Shown one piece after another: positions 38,111 through 48,126 of a DNA stretch of 64,000 nt. Origin of the DNA: Planctomycetota bacterium (GTDB lineage: Bacteria; Planctomycetota; B15-G4); NCBI GenBank assembly GCA_965248575.1, contig CBDFJQ010000002.1, positions 416,001 to 480,000 on the forward strand. Reading direction: 5' to 3'. The position numbers and the translations under genes are program-made. The first letter of the stretch is position 1. Every line of letters starts with the position of its first letter. The notes under the pieces were generated by a model. That model saw only the letters and a list, made by a program, of their open reading frames with translations. It searched no databases and was not told where the DNA came from.

Positions 38111-39345
38111 GGTAGGAAGCTCTTCACGGCCTTCAGCTTCTGCGGCAGGTACTCCTCGATCACGTAGTTGAGTCCCCACTTCGCGAGCGCCTGCTGCTCG
38201 GCGCGCACCTTCATCTTCAAGAGCTGGTTGATGGCCTTGTTCCAGGGCTTGCTCTGCTGGAAGAAGGGGTCGTTCTTCAGGGCGTCCTTGGCGCGCTTGA
38301 TGTCCACGTCGAGAAGAGGGTGGGTGGGCAGCTCGTAGTCGATGATGTCTTGCGGCGTGACGCCCAGGTAGTGGGCGTGGGGCACGCAGAAGAACCTGTT
38401 CAGGTGGGCTGTGTTGCCGGAGCCCACCTTGAGCGTGCGATAGATGTTGCTGATGCCGTAGGGGTCGCAGTCCACGAAGGCATAGACCGGGATCTTCTGG
38501 GCCTCGGACAGGCGGCGCACGAAGCGGCGCGTGGCGCGGGTGGGGACGCCGCCCATGGAGACGATGATGCAGTTGGCCGTGTTCCAGAAGCCGTGCACCT
38601 GGAGCCGCTGGAACATGCCGCCGGTCTCGATGGCGAGAATGAACTTGGCCTTGGTCTCGAACTGCAGATGCTCCACCGAGTGGGGGATCGTGTAGGCACC
38701 GCTGCCAAACTTGGTGCAGTCAATGCGCAGTTCCTCACCTGAGATGGCGTCACGGTCGAGGACTACGAGGTTGCCTGCCACCGCGCCGCCGTGCTCCTCC
38801 GGGTAGAAGCGCAGCTGCTCACGGGAGACGCCGTGCAGCGAGAACATGGACTCGATGTCGTCCATGACCGTGTCGGACTCGGGCTGTTCCTTGAAGCGCG
38901 CCTCGGCCCAGTTCTTGCTGACGTAGTACGCCTCCCTCTTGGTGGCGAAAGTGTCCTGCTCGATCATCTCCTTGGAGATGTTCAGCATCTTGAGGGTCTG
39001 GGCGAAGCTCTTCACGGTGTTGACCGTCAGCGTGCGTACCTTGCGCGCTTCGCCGATGGCGAGGTAGCCCACCTTCGGGTCGTAGTTCACGTTGGAGAGC
39101 GCGCGCACGGGGCTCTTCAGTTCGGGTGAGACCTTCTGCAGGATCTTCGAGTAGACCGTGCGAGCCGTTTTGTTGATGCAATCCACGGTGTGCTTGTCCG
39201 TCGCGTCCGTCACGGTGCGGCGGACTGGCTTCTTCGCGCTCTTCCTGCTCGCGGCCTTCTTGGGCGAAGCCTTGGCTTTGGGCGCAGCCTTCGGGCTGGC
39301 CTTGGGAGCGGTCTTGCGCGGCGTGGACTTCTTGGCGGGGGTCAC
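38107..39345 (-). CDS. top6A: DNA topoisomerase VI subunit A
   Basis: TKREAYY (catalytic Tyr), QPESD, AIETGG, GGVP, DCDPYG Toprim, AEQQAL. Confidence 0.95.
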   Translation of the reverse strand: MTPAKKSTPRKTAPKASPKAAPKAKASPKKAASRKSAKKPVRRTVTDATDKHTVDCINKTARTVYSKILQKVSPELKSPVRALSNVNYDPKVGYLAIGEARKVRTLTVNTVKSFAQTLKMLNISKEMIEQDTFATKREAYYVSKNWAEARFKEQPESDTVMDDIESMFSLHGVSREQLRFYPEEHGGAVAGNLVVLDRDAISGEELRIDCTKFGSGAYTIPHSVEHLQFETKAKFILAIETGGMFQRLQVHGFWNTANCIIVSMGGVPTRATRRFVRRLSEAQKIPVYAFVDCDPYGISNIYRTLKVGSGNTAHLNRFFCVPHAHYLGVTPQDIIDYELPTHPLLDVDIKRAKDALKNDPFFQQSKPWNKAINQLLKMKVRAEQQALAKWGLNYVIEEYLPQKLKAVKSFLP

Positions 39346-39397
39346 GAGTGGTGTGTCCTATGCGTCCAGGGTGATGGGAGGCGCCGAAGCGCTCCCG

Positions 39398-39838
39398 TCA
39401 GTGGGTGGAGAGCTTTCGGGTGTCGAGGGCGCTGTCATTCCCATGCACGACGAAGGGCCTGTGAACCAGTGCCACGCTGTCTGCATAGGGGGAACCCTTC
39501 ACGAAGGCGCCGTCTTGGGTTTGCTCGTTCAAGGTGTAGGTCGTCGTGGCTTGCTGCGGCAGCCCCTGCCGCTCGATGCATTCGCGAAGATAGGCCATGC
39601 CGTGAGCGGTGACCTCCCGCACCGAGAACGCGTCCCAGCTGGACTCTGCGAGCAGGGTGCCGCTGATGCGCAGTTCGACCTGGTAGTCCACAGGTGCCTT
39701 GTCCAGGGCGGGGTCCGGGCTTGTCCGCTCCAGCTCGGCATGCAAGCGGAAGCGCATGATCTCACCGTGGTAGTGCTCACCGTCGACCACGGGCCAGAGT
39801 CGCCGGGAAAGGCCCAATGTGCACGAATACTTTGCCAT
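39398..39838 (-). CDS. Hypothetical protein between top6B and top6A
   Basis: 146 aa ORF, GGAG before ATG, co-oriented, fills the gap with about 55 bp spacers. Confidence 0.7.
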   Translation of the reverse strand: MAKYSCTLGLSRRLWPVVDGEHYHGEIMRFRLHAELERTSPDPALDKAPVDYQVELRISGTLLAESSWDAFSVREVTAHGMAYLRECIERQGLPQQATTTYTLNEQTQDGAFVKGSPYADSVALVHRPFVVHGNDSALDTRKLSTH

Positions 39839-39894
39839 GACTCCAGTCTCCGAGTTGCAGTCCACGCCCCCGCACCGTTCCGGTCGGGAGCGAC

Positions 39895-41616
39895 CTACAT
39901 CTTCCGAGAGCGCTCCAAGGTGTCGCGCAACTCGGCCACCACTTCGTTTGTCTGCTTCGCGTCCAGAGTGAGGATGTCGCGCAGGGCCTCACCGATGTGC
40001 GGGATGTACTTCTCGATGTACTGGCGTTTCTTCAGCTCATCCGCGACGCGCTTGCGGCGGCGCAGGTAGCGGTTCATCAGGCGCCCACACTCCTGGAGTG
40101 CCAAGCGAAGCTCCTTGAGGATCTCTGGGTAGCTGGCCACGGCCTCCTTGGATTCCGAAGTGAAGGGCACCCAGGCGGACGCGATGTGCACCATGAAGAT
40201 GGCGGGGCCGACGGGCAGGCTGCCGCGCGGTTGGGACAGGCTGTAGGACTTCCAGTCGACGGACGTCACCGCCTTGGTGATGGCGCAGCCACCCGGCGAG
40301 TACTGCAATGGGACGCGGTTGGCGAAGCGCATGACGCGTACGGTGTTGTCCGCGTTCAAATCTCCGCCCAGGGCCACACCCACCTCGATCTGGAACGGGT
40401 TGCCGCGGTACACCGACGGCGGGCGCGTGCGGCTCACGAAGAACTCTGCCTCGCCGATCTCCTTCTCCAGCCCCTTCTGGATCAGCTCTTCGCCGATGGG
40501 CGACAGGCAGTTCGTGGGCGGGTTGCGGATCTTGACCTTGCTGATGGCCTTGTGCAGCGCTTCGGCCGACTTGTGCTCCAGGGACTTGACCCGGGAGCCC
40601 ACATCGAGCTTCGCCACCTCGCAGATCTCGGCTGCCGTCTTGGCGGACACCCGGCTGAAGTCCTTCTGCAGGAAGCTGCCGAGCTTCGAGGCGCTGGTGG
40701 TCTTCATGAGCTTCATGAGGACGCCCAGCTCGACGCCATAAGGGTGCGGCTTGATCTCGGCCGGGGCGTGCGGCAGCTGCTTGGTGGCGCGCTCGAAGAC
40801 TTGCGGTTCCGCGCGGTCTGGCCCGAAGTAGGTGATGGAAATGTGCGGGTTGGAGATGGCGGTCTGGGCAACGTACTCATCCACGCTTCCGCGGCCCTTG
40901 CTGTAGCGGGCCTCGAGCACGATCGTCACCTCGGTGCCGTGGTCCCGGTCCCACTCGATGACGCTGTGCTTGGTACGCACCGGCCGGTTCTTCGTGGTGT
41001 CGATGCGCACGCCGATCTCGATCGCGTCGTGCCGCTTGGAGATGCGGCTGCGGATCATGGTGGGCACGCCCGTGGTCATCTGGCCGTACATGCCCGCCGC
41101 CGAGATGCCGATGCCCTGCTGACCGCGGCTCTGGCGTAGCCGGTGGAATTTGCTGCCGTAGAGCAGTCGGGCGAAGACCGACTCGATCTGTTCCTCGAGA
41201 ATGCCGGGGCCGTTGTCAGAGACCGTGACCTGGAATCGATCTTCGTGCTTGGGCAGCGCCTTCACCGAAACGGTGATGTCCGGCAGGATCTTGGCCTCCT
41301 CGCACGCGTCCAAGGCGTTGTCCACGGCCTCCTTGACGGTGGTGAGCAGCGCCTTGCGCTTGCTGTCGAAGCCGAGCAGGTGCCGGTTCTTGGAGAAGAA
41401 CTCGCTGACCGAGATCTCGCGCGCCTGCTCCGCCATCTCGTGGGCGGCGGTCCTGCCCTTGCTCCCGCGCTTGCTCGGCGACTTGGCGCTGGCTCCGCGC
41501 GAGGTTTTCGGCGCGCCTGCCCCGGCGGCCTTGCCCTTTCCCTGCGCGATGCTCTTGGGAGAAGCCTTCTTGGCCGTCATGGGCTTTTCGCCAAAGAGCG
41601 TGCTCTGCGTATCCAT
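39895..41616 (-). CDS. top6B: DNA topoisomerase VI subunit B (start 41616 or 41580)
   Basis: EISVSEFF.KN, EAVDNALDA, DNGPG, YGSKFH, SRGQQGIGIS, HGT, KPHP, RFANRVPL, VPFTSESKEA. Confidence 0.96.
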   Translation of the reverse strand: MDTQSTLFGEKPMTAKKASPKSIAQGKGKAAGAGAPKTSRGASAKSPSKRGSKGRTAAHEMAEQAREISVSEFFSKNRHLLGFDSKRKALLTTVKEAVDNALDACEEAKILPDITVSVKALPKHEDRFQVTVSDNGPGILEEQIESVFARLLYGSKFHRLRQSRGQQGIGISAAGMYGQMTTGVPTMIRSRISKRHDAIEIGVRIDTTKNRPVRTKHSVIEWDRDHGTEVTIVLEARYSKGRGSVDEYVAQTAISNPHISITYFGPDRAEPQVFERATKQLPHAPAEIKPHPYGVELGVLMKLMKTTSASKLGSFLQKDFSRVSAKTAAEICEVAKLDVGSRVKSLEHKSAEALHKAISKVKIRNPPTNCLSPIGEELIQKGLEKEIGEAEFFVSRTRPPSVYRGNPFQIEVGVALGGDLNADNTVRVMRFANRVPLQYSPGGCAITKAVTSVDWKSYSLSQPRGSLPVGPAIFMVHIASAWVPFTSESKEAVASYPEILKELRLALQECGRLMNRYLRRRKRVADELKKRQYIEKYIPHIGEALRDILTLDAKQTNEVVAELRDTLERSRKM

Positions 41617-41767
41617 AGGTGGTCGATTGCACTGAGAGGTGGGCAAACTCCTGGTGAACCCGGGGACTCAGCGTGGTCCTGGTGGCCCGGGGTGCCCGCT
41701 GTCGGCTGTCCGACATCGCGCGAGCCGACCGTATCGAGGCATCTCGGCGTGTTCAAGCGCGGGAGGC

Positions 41768-42550
41768 TCATCCCACCGCCGGGGGCAGCTCGGCGTGGTC
41801 TACGAGGCCGAAGGAGTGGGCCAGTTTTCCGTACAACTCAAGGCCTTGGCGTTCTCGTACGCCCAGGTCATAGCCAATGTTCTGGTCGAGATAGGAGCGG
41901 CAGTCCAGGGCCGACATGTCATGGGTCTTCGCGAACGCGTCGGCCAGTGCGTTTCGATGCTCCAGCCCGTGCGCGCGGGCTGCTTCGAGCATGGGTTTCA
42001 CGCGTGGGGCCTCGAGGTTGGGGCGCGTGAGCCACTGTGCGTAGACGAAGGGCAGGCCTGTGTGCTCGGTCCAGAACTCGCCGAGGTCGAGGACGTCGTG
42101 CGCTCCGGGAGCGGTGCGCAGGGCCGGATCGCCAATGCGCAGGATGGCGTCCCCTTCGATGTCGTTCAGCGGGCGGTCGGGAGCAGCAGGCAGGGTGACG
42201 AGCTCGTCCAGGCCAAGGAATGCCCGCAGGCAGACCTGGCTCATGACAGCCGCGGACAGGCTGGATGTGTCCAGCGCCAGCTTCCGCACGGAGGACAGCG
42301 GGACGCGCAGGTAGAGCAGGATGCTTCGAACAGGCCCCTCGCTGGTGATGGCGGGGCCGTCGATCCAACCCAGGGCAGGGGCCCTGAAGAGCTCCACCGA
42401 GGAGACCAAAGCCAGGTCCAGCTCGCCGGCGCGCAGTCGGGGGGCGAGGCGCGCCGGCAACTCCTGGATGAGCTGGACGTCCTCCGCAAAGCGCAGGCCG
42501 TCCACGAGGGGCAGGGCGTTGAGATAGGGGACTGTTCCGAGACGCCACAT
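41768..42550 (-). CDS. mqnA: Chorismate dehydratase (futalosine menaquinone pathway)
   Basis: GTVPYLNALPL, GPVRSI, IGDPAL, DLGEFW...TGLPFVYA.W. Confidence 0.92.
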   Translation of the reverse strand: MWRLGTVPYLNALPLVDGLRFAEDVQLIQELPARLAPRLRAGELDLALVSSVELFRAPALGWIDGPAITSEGPVRSILLYLRVPLSSVRKLALDTSSLSAAVMSQVCLRAFLGLDELVTLPAAPDRPLNDIEGDAILRIGDPALRTAPGAHDVLDLGEFWTEHTGLPFVYAQWLTRPNLEAPRVKPMLEAARAHGLEHRNALADAFAKTHDMSALDCRSYLDQNIGYDLGVRERQGLELYGKLAHSFGLVDHAELPPAVG

Positions 42551-42724
42551 GGGGTGCAGAGACTACCGGTCGAAGCCCCCGCTTCGTAGGGGCAGGCCGG
42601 ATGGGCAAGATCATCAGCTGCAGGTCTCCGGTGTATGCTTCGGGCCCATGGCCCTCCGTCCTCTCCCCTCCCTTCTCCCCAGGAACGGGCAGCGCCCCGC
42701 GCGCGCTCCGAGATCGCCTTGACC

Positions 42725-44389
42725 ATGCCCTCGAGACCGTCCGTGAGTCCCCTGAAACCCGCGCCCAAGCGGCCGCGAGCCGGGGCTGTCGCCCGGGCCC
42801 GGACCTGGACTCGGTGCAGCGCCTGGGCCGTCGTCCTGATGACTCTCACGGCCTGCCCTGCAGTGGAAGCCCAGGATGCGGACGCCCAGGATGCGGACGC
42901 CCAGGGTGTGGACGCCCAAGGTGTGGACGCCCAGGGTGTGGACACAAGTGCCAAGCTCCCGTTCCATGTGGACGAGGTGCTCCACAATCCCACCACGGAG
43001 GGTGTGACCCTCTCGTTCTGCCCAGCTGAGGACGTCTTGGTTCGGGTGGAGTACGGGGATCTGAAGGACGGCCTGCTCCAGACAACCGAGCAAGCCGCTG
43101 CTGCGGGGGAGATGGTCATGCTGCCCCTGGGCAAACTGGCGCCGGGCAGGGAGTTCCAATACCAGCTGGTGGTCCGGCGCTCCGAGGGGGCGCCGGAATG
43201 GCGTCGGCCCGTTCACCACTTCAGGACCCTGCGTGAAGTGGGCGGCTCCTTCAGCTTCGCGGTTCTGGCGGACCCTCACGCCTGGGCCATGTGGACGCGA
43301 AAAGCCTGCGGCAGCAGTCCCGGTGGTTACGACGTGATGAAAAGGGCGATGACGAACATCCGGGCTGACGAAAGCATCGACTTCGTGGTGGTGGGGACCG
43401 ACAGCGTCATGACGCTCTGTGGCAATGGGTGCAAGAGCTGCAAGGTGAGTGGCGAGCGAGTCGCACAGGGTGACAGCACCAGCCTGAGGGACGCGGAGCT
43501 GCGCTATCGCGCCGTGTTGTCGAAGGACATCTACGGACTCTTCGCTGCGGACAAGCCCATGCTCTACATGCTGGGCGACCACGACGGTGAAAAGGGTTGG
43601 ACCATCGATGGCGGGGCGGGGGAATACACCAAGCAACAGCAGGACCTGAGCTTCGGGGCGCGGCGCCAGTCCATTCCCAACGCGTATGCAAGCTACGGAG
43701 GGGACCCAAAAGGGGCGTACTACGCGCTGCGGACGGGAGACCTGCTGTTGGTCGTGTTGGCCGCCCAGCGCTACAGCAGCGAAATCCCCATGGGGCCGGA
43801 CAATTGGAGTCTGGGTGAGGCCCAGCTGATCTGGCTCGAGGAGACGCTGGGGGAGTCGGATGCCGCCTTCAAGATCGTCACGGCCGAGCACCTTGTGGGT
43901 GGCTCAGGGGATCCGGACGGCCCCAGCTGGAAGGCACGGGGTGGCCTCAAGGCCACGGACAACGGGGAGATCAACGGCACCTTCCTCGGCGAGCAGTTCC
44001 TGATCCACGAGATGATGAAAGAGCACGGCGCGCAGCTCTTCCTGTCGTTCCACGATCACATCGTGGCATGGGGAGAGAAGGTCAACGCTGACTTCGAAGG
44101 TGAGGGGGTCTTCTACGCCATCGGGGGGCAAGGAGCCGCAGCAGGGCCTCCGACCTGGTCGAGCCATGCCTGGTACAAGGCCGAGATGGACTACGACAAC
44201 GACGGCGTACCCGAGTACCAGAGCGGCAAGACGGGCACCCTGGCCAAGGGCCACTTCAAGGTGACCGTGCATGGAACGGACCAGATGGTCCTCGACTACA
44301 TCGAGGCGAGCACGAACAAACGCAAGAACGGCAGGACGGTCCTGAGCTTCACCATCGACGGGCCGGGGGAGTCCGAGGCCGACAACTAG
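42725..44389 (+). CDS. Exported metallophosphoesterase-like protein with Fn3-like N-domain
   Basis: Signal-like helix, HFRTLR, FAVLADPH, GDHDGE, WSLGEAQLIWLEETL, AEH, FHDH. Confidence 0.78.
   Translation: MPSRPSVSPLKPAPKRPRAGAVARARTWTRCSAWAVVLMTLTACPAVEAQDADAQDADAQGVDAQGVDAQGVDTSAKLPFHVDEVLHNPTTEGVTLSFCPAEDVLVRVEYGDLKDGLLQTTEQAAAAGEMVMLPLGKLAPGREFQYQLVVRRSEGAPEWRRPVHHFRTLREVGGSFSFAVLADPHAWAMWTRKACGSSPGGYDVMKRAMTNIRADESIDFVVVGTDSVMTLCGNGCKSCKVSGERVAQGDSTSLRDAELRYRAVLSKDIYGLFAADKPMLYMLGDHDGEKGWTIDGGAGEYTKQQQDLSFGARRQSIPNAYASYGGDPKGAYYALRTGDLLLVVLAAQRYSSEIPMGPDNWSLGEAQLIWLEETLGESDAAFKIVTAEHLVGGSGDPDGPSWKARGGLKATDNGEINGTFLGEQFLIHEMMKEHGAQLFLSFHDHIVAWGEKVNADFEGEGVFYAIGGQGAAAGPPTWSSHAWYKAEMDYDNDGVPEYQSGKTGTLAKGHFKVTVHGTDQMVLDYIEASTNKRKNGRTVLSFTIDGPGESEADN
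42869..42943 (+). repeat. 15-bp tandem repeat x5 encoding AQ(D/G)(A/V)D
   Basis: GCCCAGGATGCGGAC x2 then GCCCARGGTGTGGAC x3. Confidence 0.92.
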
Positions 44390-44429
44390 CCGCAGCAGGG
44401 CGTGCGCCCCGCGCGGCCGACGACGATCG

Positions 44430-45686
44430 TCAGAGTGTTTCGGCGAGGGCTTCCATACCCGCGAACCACTTTGCCTCGAACTTGTCCTTGCTCTCCGTCT
44501 TGAAGACCTTCTGGAAGTCCGTCATCGAGGACTTGCCCTCGTAGGCCGATCTCAGGAAATCCACGAACTGGTCAGCTCGGCTTCCGCCGTTGCCGTGCAT
44601 CAGGAAGTACACGAGGTTGTAGGACTGGGCGTACTTCAGTTGGCGGTTCACCGTGGATTCGTAGTCGTCCGACTGGAAGGCCAGGACCCTTGAGAGGTCG
44701 TAGGGGTCGTCCGTGTTGACCTGCGCGCGCACATAGCTCGATTCGACGGAGGTCCGGTCGAAACTCGAGAAGCCCAGCTCTCCACCCATGCCGGTGGCGA
44801 AGATCTCAGCCATGCCTTCGTTGAGCCAGGAGGGGATCTTCCCCTTGCCCCCCCGGCTGCGCACGGTCGTCATGTAGAAGACATGGTGGACGGCTTCGTG
44901 AATCAGGTTGCCCAGCCAGGGCTTTTGCTGTCCGTTGACGTGGGTCAGGCGATCGCTGGAATCGAAGTGGGCGCCGCGCCCGTCGCTGGGGTTGGGGTAG
45001 GACTCGCCGTCGGCATGCGCCTGGATGTCCATGGACTCGTCGGGCTCGAGCAGGCGCAGATCCGTCTGGTTGGCGGCGTAGAAGGCCGCATAGAAGCGCT
45101 CGAGGTCGAGCAGTGCGCGAATCGCCTGCCCCAAAGGCAAGTTGGACTGCATCGTGTAGTGCACGCTGTGCAGAGCCCAACGGTCCTTCCACTTTTCGAT
45201 AACGATGGCAAGCTCGCTGGTGCGGTACCACTTGCTGCCCTTCTTGTAGGACCAATGCCCCTTCCGCTCCCGGCAGCCCAGGGCTTCGAGAGCGACCGGT
45301 TGCTTTGAGTCCGCGAGCAGTGCAGCCAGGAACAGCGCCTCGGCTTCCCCTGCGAGGCGAGAGGCCCCTGCGTATTGAGCGAGTTCAACCAGGGCGACGC
45401 CATCGCGCATGATGTCGGGGCCCTTGGCGTCGAGGCGCTTGAGCAGCTCGGCGAGGTGCCGCACGCGTGAGTCCACTTCTTCCACGTCGGCGCGGTCGTA
45501 CTCCTTGTCCTTCGACCCCTTGCGCAGGATCACCACCTCGTCGTCTTCGTAGACGACTCGACCTTCACGTGCCTTGCCGGTGGTCAGGAGGACGGTGTCC
45601 GCCTCGACGGTGTCATCCCCCAGCGGGAGCAGCAGGGTGGAGGCGAGGAACAGGGCCAGGGTGCAGGTCATGACAGGGTCTCGCAC
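44430..45686 (-). CDS. Exported DUF1570-like zincin metallopeptidase domain protein
   Basis: HEAVHH, WLNEGMAE, YAQSYNLVYFL; signal peptide. Confidence 0.82.
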   Translation of the reverse strand: MRDPVMTCTLALFLASTLLLPLGDDTVEADTVLLTTGKAREGRVVYEDDEVVILRKGSKDKEYDRADVEEVDSRVRHLAELLKRLDAKGPDIMRDGVALVELAQYAGASRLAGEAEALFLAALLADSKQPVALEALGCRERKGHWSYKKGSKWYRTSELAIVIEKWKDRWALHSVHYTMQSNLPLGQAIRALLDLERFYAAFYAANQTDLRLLEPDESMDIQAHADGESYPNPSDGRGAHFDSSDRLTHVNGQQKPWLGNLIHEAVHHVFYMTTVRSRGGKGKIPSWLNEGMAEIFATGMGGELGFSSFDRTSVESSYVRAQVNTDDPYDLSRVLAFQSDDYESTVNRQLKYAQSYNLVYFLMHGNGGSRADQFVDFLRSAYEGKSSMTDFQKVFKTESKDKFEAKWFAGMEALAETL

Positions 45687-45761
45687 GGGCAGTCAACGAA
45701 TCGTGGGCAGAGCCAGACACACTAACAAGCATGTGTGCGGATGCGTGCCCAGAGCATCTTG

Positions 45762-47759
45762 CTAGCGGACCCCGAGGATGTCGTCCAGTGCGATGCCTGC
45801 ATCCACCAGGTAGTTGGTGCTCATCCGCAGGGCAGCGTGCCAGGGAGCCTTGCTCTTTTCAGCGACCCGTCCCAGGGCTGCACAGGCACTCGCGCGGCTC
45901 TGTGAGTCCAGGGAGGTGTCTGCCGCAGCTCGGGCCAGGGACTGGACGCTGTCGCTGTGCTGGAGCACACCCAGGGCCTGGGAGAGTCCCAGGCGTCCTT
46001 CGAGGCTGCTCTCGTTCTCATAGCGTTTGCTGATGCGACCGTGGGTTGCCGATTGCCCCAGCAGGCGGCAGGCGAGTCCCGTGGAACGACGGAAGGCGCT
46101 GCCGCCGCCCTTCCGGGTCACGGACTGCTCGAGCATGGGAGCCGCCTCGATGTGCCCCATGAAGCCGAGCGCCAAGGCGAGGTAGCCACGCAGCTCCTCA
46201 TCGCCGGTTCGACCGAAGTCTTTCAGCAGCCTCTCACCCGCAGAGCCGACGCCGGCCAGGCCAAGCCCCAGTGCATAGGCGCCGCGAGTCTGGGGGTCCT
46301 TGACGTCGTCGTAGGCGTCCATCAGGCGCTCGGCGAGCTTGCGCTTCGCCGCCGGTTGGCCGCGCATGTAGACACCCGCTGCCAGGGCTGCCCACGGGCG
46401 GTCCTGGCTCCGTCGGGGTTTGGAGACCGCCTTGGCGAGGAATTTCGCGAGCGTGTCGTGAAGCTCCGTGTTTCTCGAAGGCTGCTCGTCGCGGGCACCC
46501 AAGGTCGCCAAGCTCATCACTGCGAAGTGACGGCTCGCGTTGTCCTTGCTGTCTTCGCAGAGCTTGATGAGCGTTTCCACCGCGTCCAGGCGATCCGCTG
46601 CGGCCAGCTCGCCGAGGCCGATGATGGTCGACTGCTGCACTCGACGGTCGGTGTCGCGGTCCTTGAGCACGGAGAGCAAGGCATCCACGGCGCCCTGGCG
46701 ATTCTGTTTTCCGAGCGCGGTAGGGATCGCGCTGCGAATGCTCGGCTCCATGCGTTCGTCGTGAATCTTGCTCATGAGGTAGTCCACCGCCATGGAGGCC
46801 TTCGGGTTGCGCATGATGCCCATGGCGTGGATGGCTGAGCGCTTCGTGGCCGCCTCGGAATCGGGCAGGCGCTCGACCATGTCGATCAGGGAAGCTACGG
46901 ATGCTGGATCATCCGCGAAGCCCAGGGCGAGGGTCGCGGCCGCGCGCATGAAGGCGGGGACCTCCGTCTCGGCCACCAGGCGATGGCCCGCGCTGGAGCA
47001 GGTCGCGAGGTCGAGCAGGGTGCTCGATTCGGTGTTGCCCAGGAGGCCCAAGCTGAGCGTGGCTGCTTGCCTAACTTCGTCGCTCTCGTGGCGGAGCAGG
47101 GGAATAAGCGTCTCGCTGACCACGGACTCAAAGGGCGCTTCCACCGTGCTGCCGAGCGCGCGCACCGCGGCATTCACCACTTGGGGGTCGTCGGCTTGGT
47201 CAACCAGGGCCATGAGCGAGGGCACGATGCTCGTGTAGATCACGGAGCGGGTGGGCCGGGCGGAGGCGCTCGATGCGCGATGGGATGTACCGCGACCAGT
47301 GAGCCCCCGGCCTGAGGCGGTCAAGCTGGCAGCAGAGCGGACAGGCTCGACATCCCACAGGAAGGCATCCTGGTTGCGAGCCCACCAACTGTTCCAGGAA
47401 TCCAGTTCGCGACCGATAAGGCTGCACGAGCTGGGCTTGCTCAATCCGCCTCCGGTGCTGGCAGCGACGCGGCCGCTGATGCCGCGGGTGCCGCTGGACG
47501 TGCTGGTCGGGACGGCAGCCGAGGGACCCCCGCCACTCGTGCCAGCGGCCGCGCGAGCCTGTGCGCCTTTGGCTTTCGAGCTTCCTGCACTTGTTGAAGC
47601 CCCACCCGAGCCCGAGTCGGCGTAGCCGCTGGCGCCGGGGCCGCTCCCTGCACCACTGCCTGTCGGAGCGGAGCCTCCGCCCGAAGGGCATTGGGAGCTG
47701 GTGTGCGTGCACAACACCAGAAGCGGGATGAGCGCGGCGAGCAGTGAGGCTCTGAGCAT
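45762..47759 (-). CDS. Exported HEAT-repeat protein with Gly/Ser-rich N-terminal region
   Basis: Signal peptide, W..WW.RN motif, many A.L.LG HEAT-like repeats. Confidence 0.82.
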   Translation of the reverse strand: MLRASLLAALIPLLVLCTHTSSQCPSGGGSAPTGSGAGSGPGASGYADSGSGGASTSAGSSKAKGAQARAAAGTSGGGPSAAVPTSTSSGTRGISGRVAASTGGGLSKPSSCSLIGRELDSWNSWWARNQDAFLWDVEPVRSAASLTASGRGLTGRGTSHRASSASARPTRSVIYTSIVPSLMALVDQADDPQVVNAAVRALGSTVEAPFESVVSETLIPLLRHESDEVRQAATLSLGLLGNTESSTLLDLATCSSAGHRLVAETEVPAFMRAAATLALGFADDPASVASLIDMVERLPDSEAATKRSAIHAMGIMRNPKASMAVDYLMSKIHDERMEPSIRSAIPTALGKQNRQGAVDALLSVLKDRDTDRRVQQSTIIGLGELAAADRLDAVETLIKLCEDSKDNASRHFAVMSLATLGARDEQPSRNTELHDTLAKFLAKAVSKPRRSQDRPWAALAAGVYMRGQPAAKRKLAERLMDAYDDVKDPQTRGAYALGLGLAGVGSAGERLLKDFGRTGDEELRGYLALALGFMGHIEAAPMLEQSVTRKGGGSAFRRSTGLACRLLGQSATHGRISKRYENESSLEGRLGLSQALGVLQHSDSVQSLARAAADTSLDSQSRASACAALGRVAEKSKAPWHAALRMSTNYLVDAGIALDDILGVR

Positions 47760-48126
47760 AGGAGGGCTCCAGGAAGAGAGGCATCGTACGCCCGGGACCT
47801 GAGTCCTGCGTGCGAGTGCTGACTATCAAGGGCAATCGGAGTTGGAGACCGGAGCTGGACGCACGGTGTCTCCTGTTTTTGACGGCAAGGATCCGTTCTG
47901 TTGGATTCATCCCTCGGTTCCTGGGGCAGATCCAGGGCCAGTTCCAGGGGATTGGCGCACATCGGCGCTGTGGTCCGAGCAGGCGGATCCGCATACTGGC
48001 CCCGGAATCCGAGCTTCTGGGCTCCCAAGGATGCGACGTCTTGCCGACGCCCGAAGGGGGCCTCGGGGTGTCCCCCTGGGAGGTCTGGGGCGGATCCAAC
48101 TACGTTGCGCTGTCTCCGGAGTACCC

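Noticed and set aside
38107..39345. Top6A as part of a Wadjet (JetD) or other defence system
   Set aside because: A canonical top6B is present and there are no SMC/jetABC genes; housekeeping context
42869..42943. Tandem repeat as a CRISPR array
   Set aside because: 15-bp contiguous in-frame units without spacers; no cas genes
43418..43441. CxxxCxxC as a radical SAM enzyme (possible activase for DUF711)
   Set aside because: Lies inside an exported metallophosphoesterase fold with no radical SAM barrel motifs
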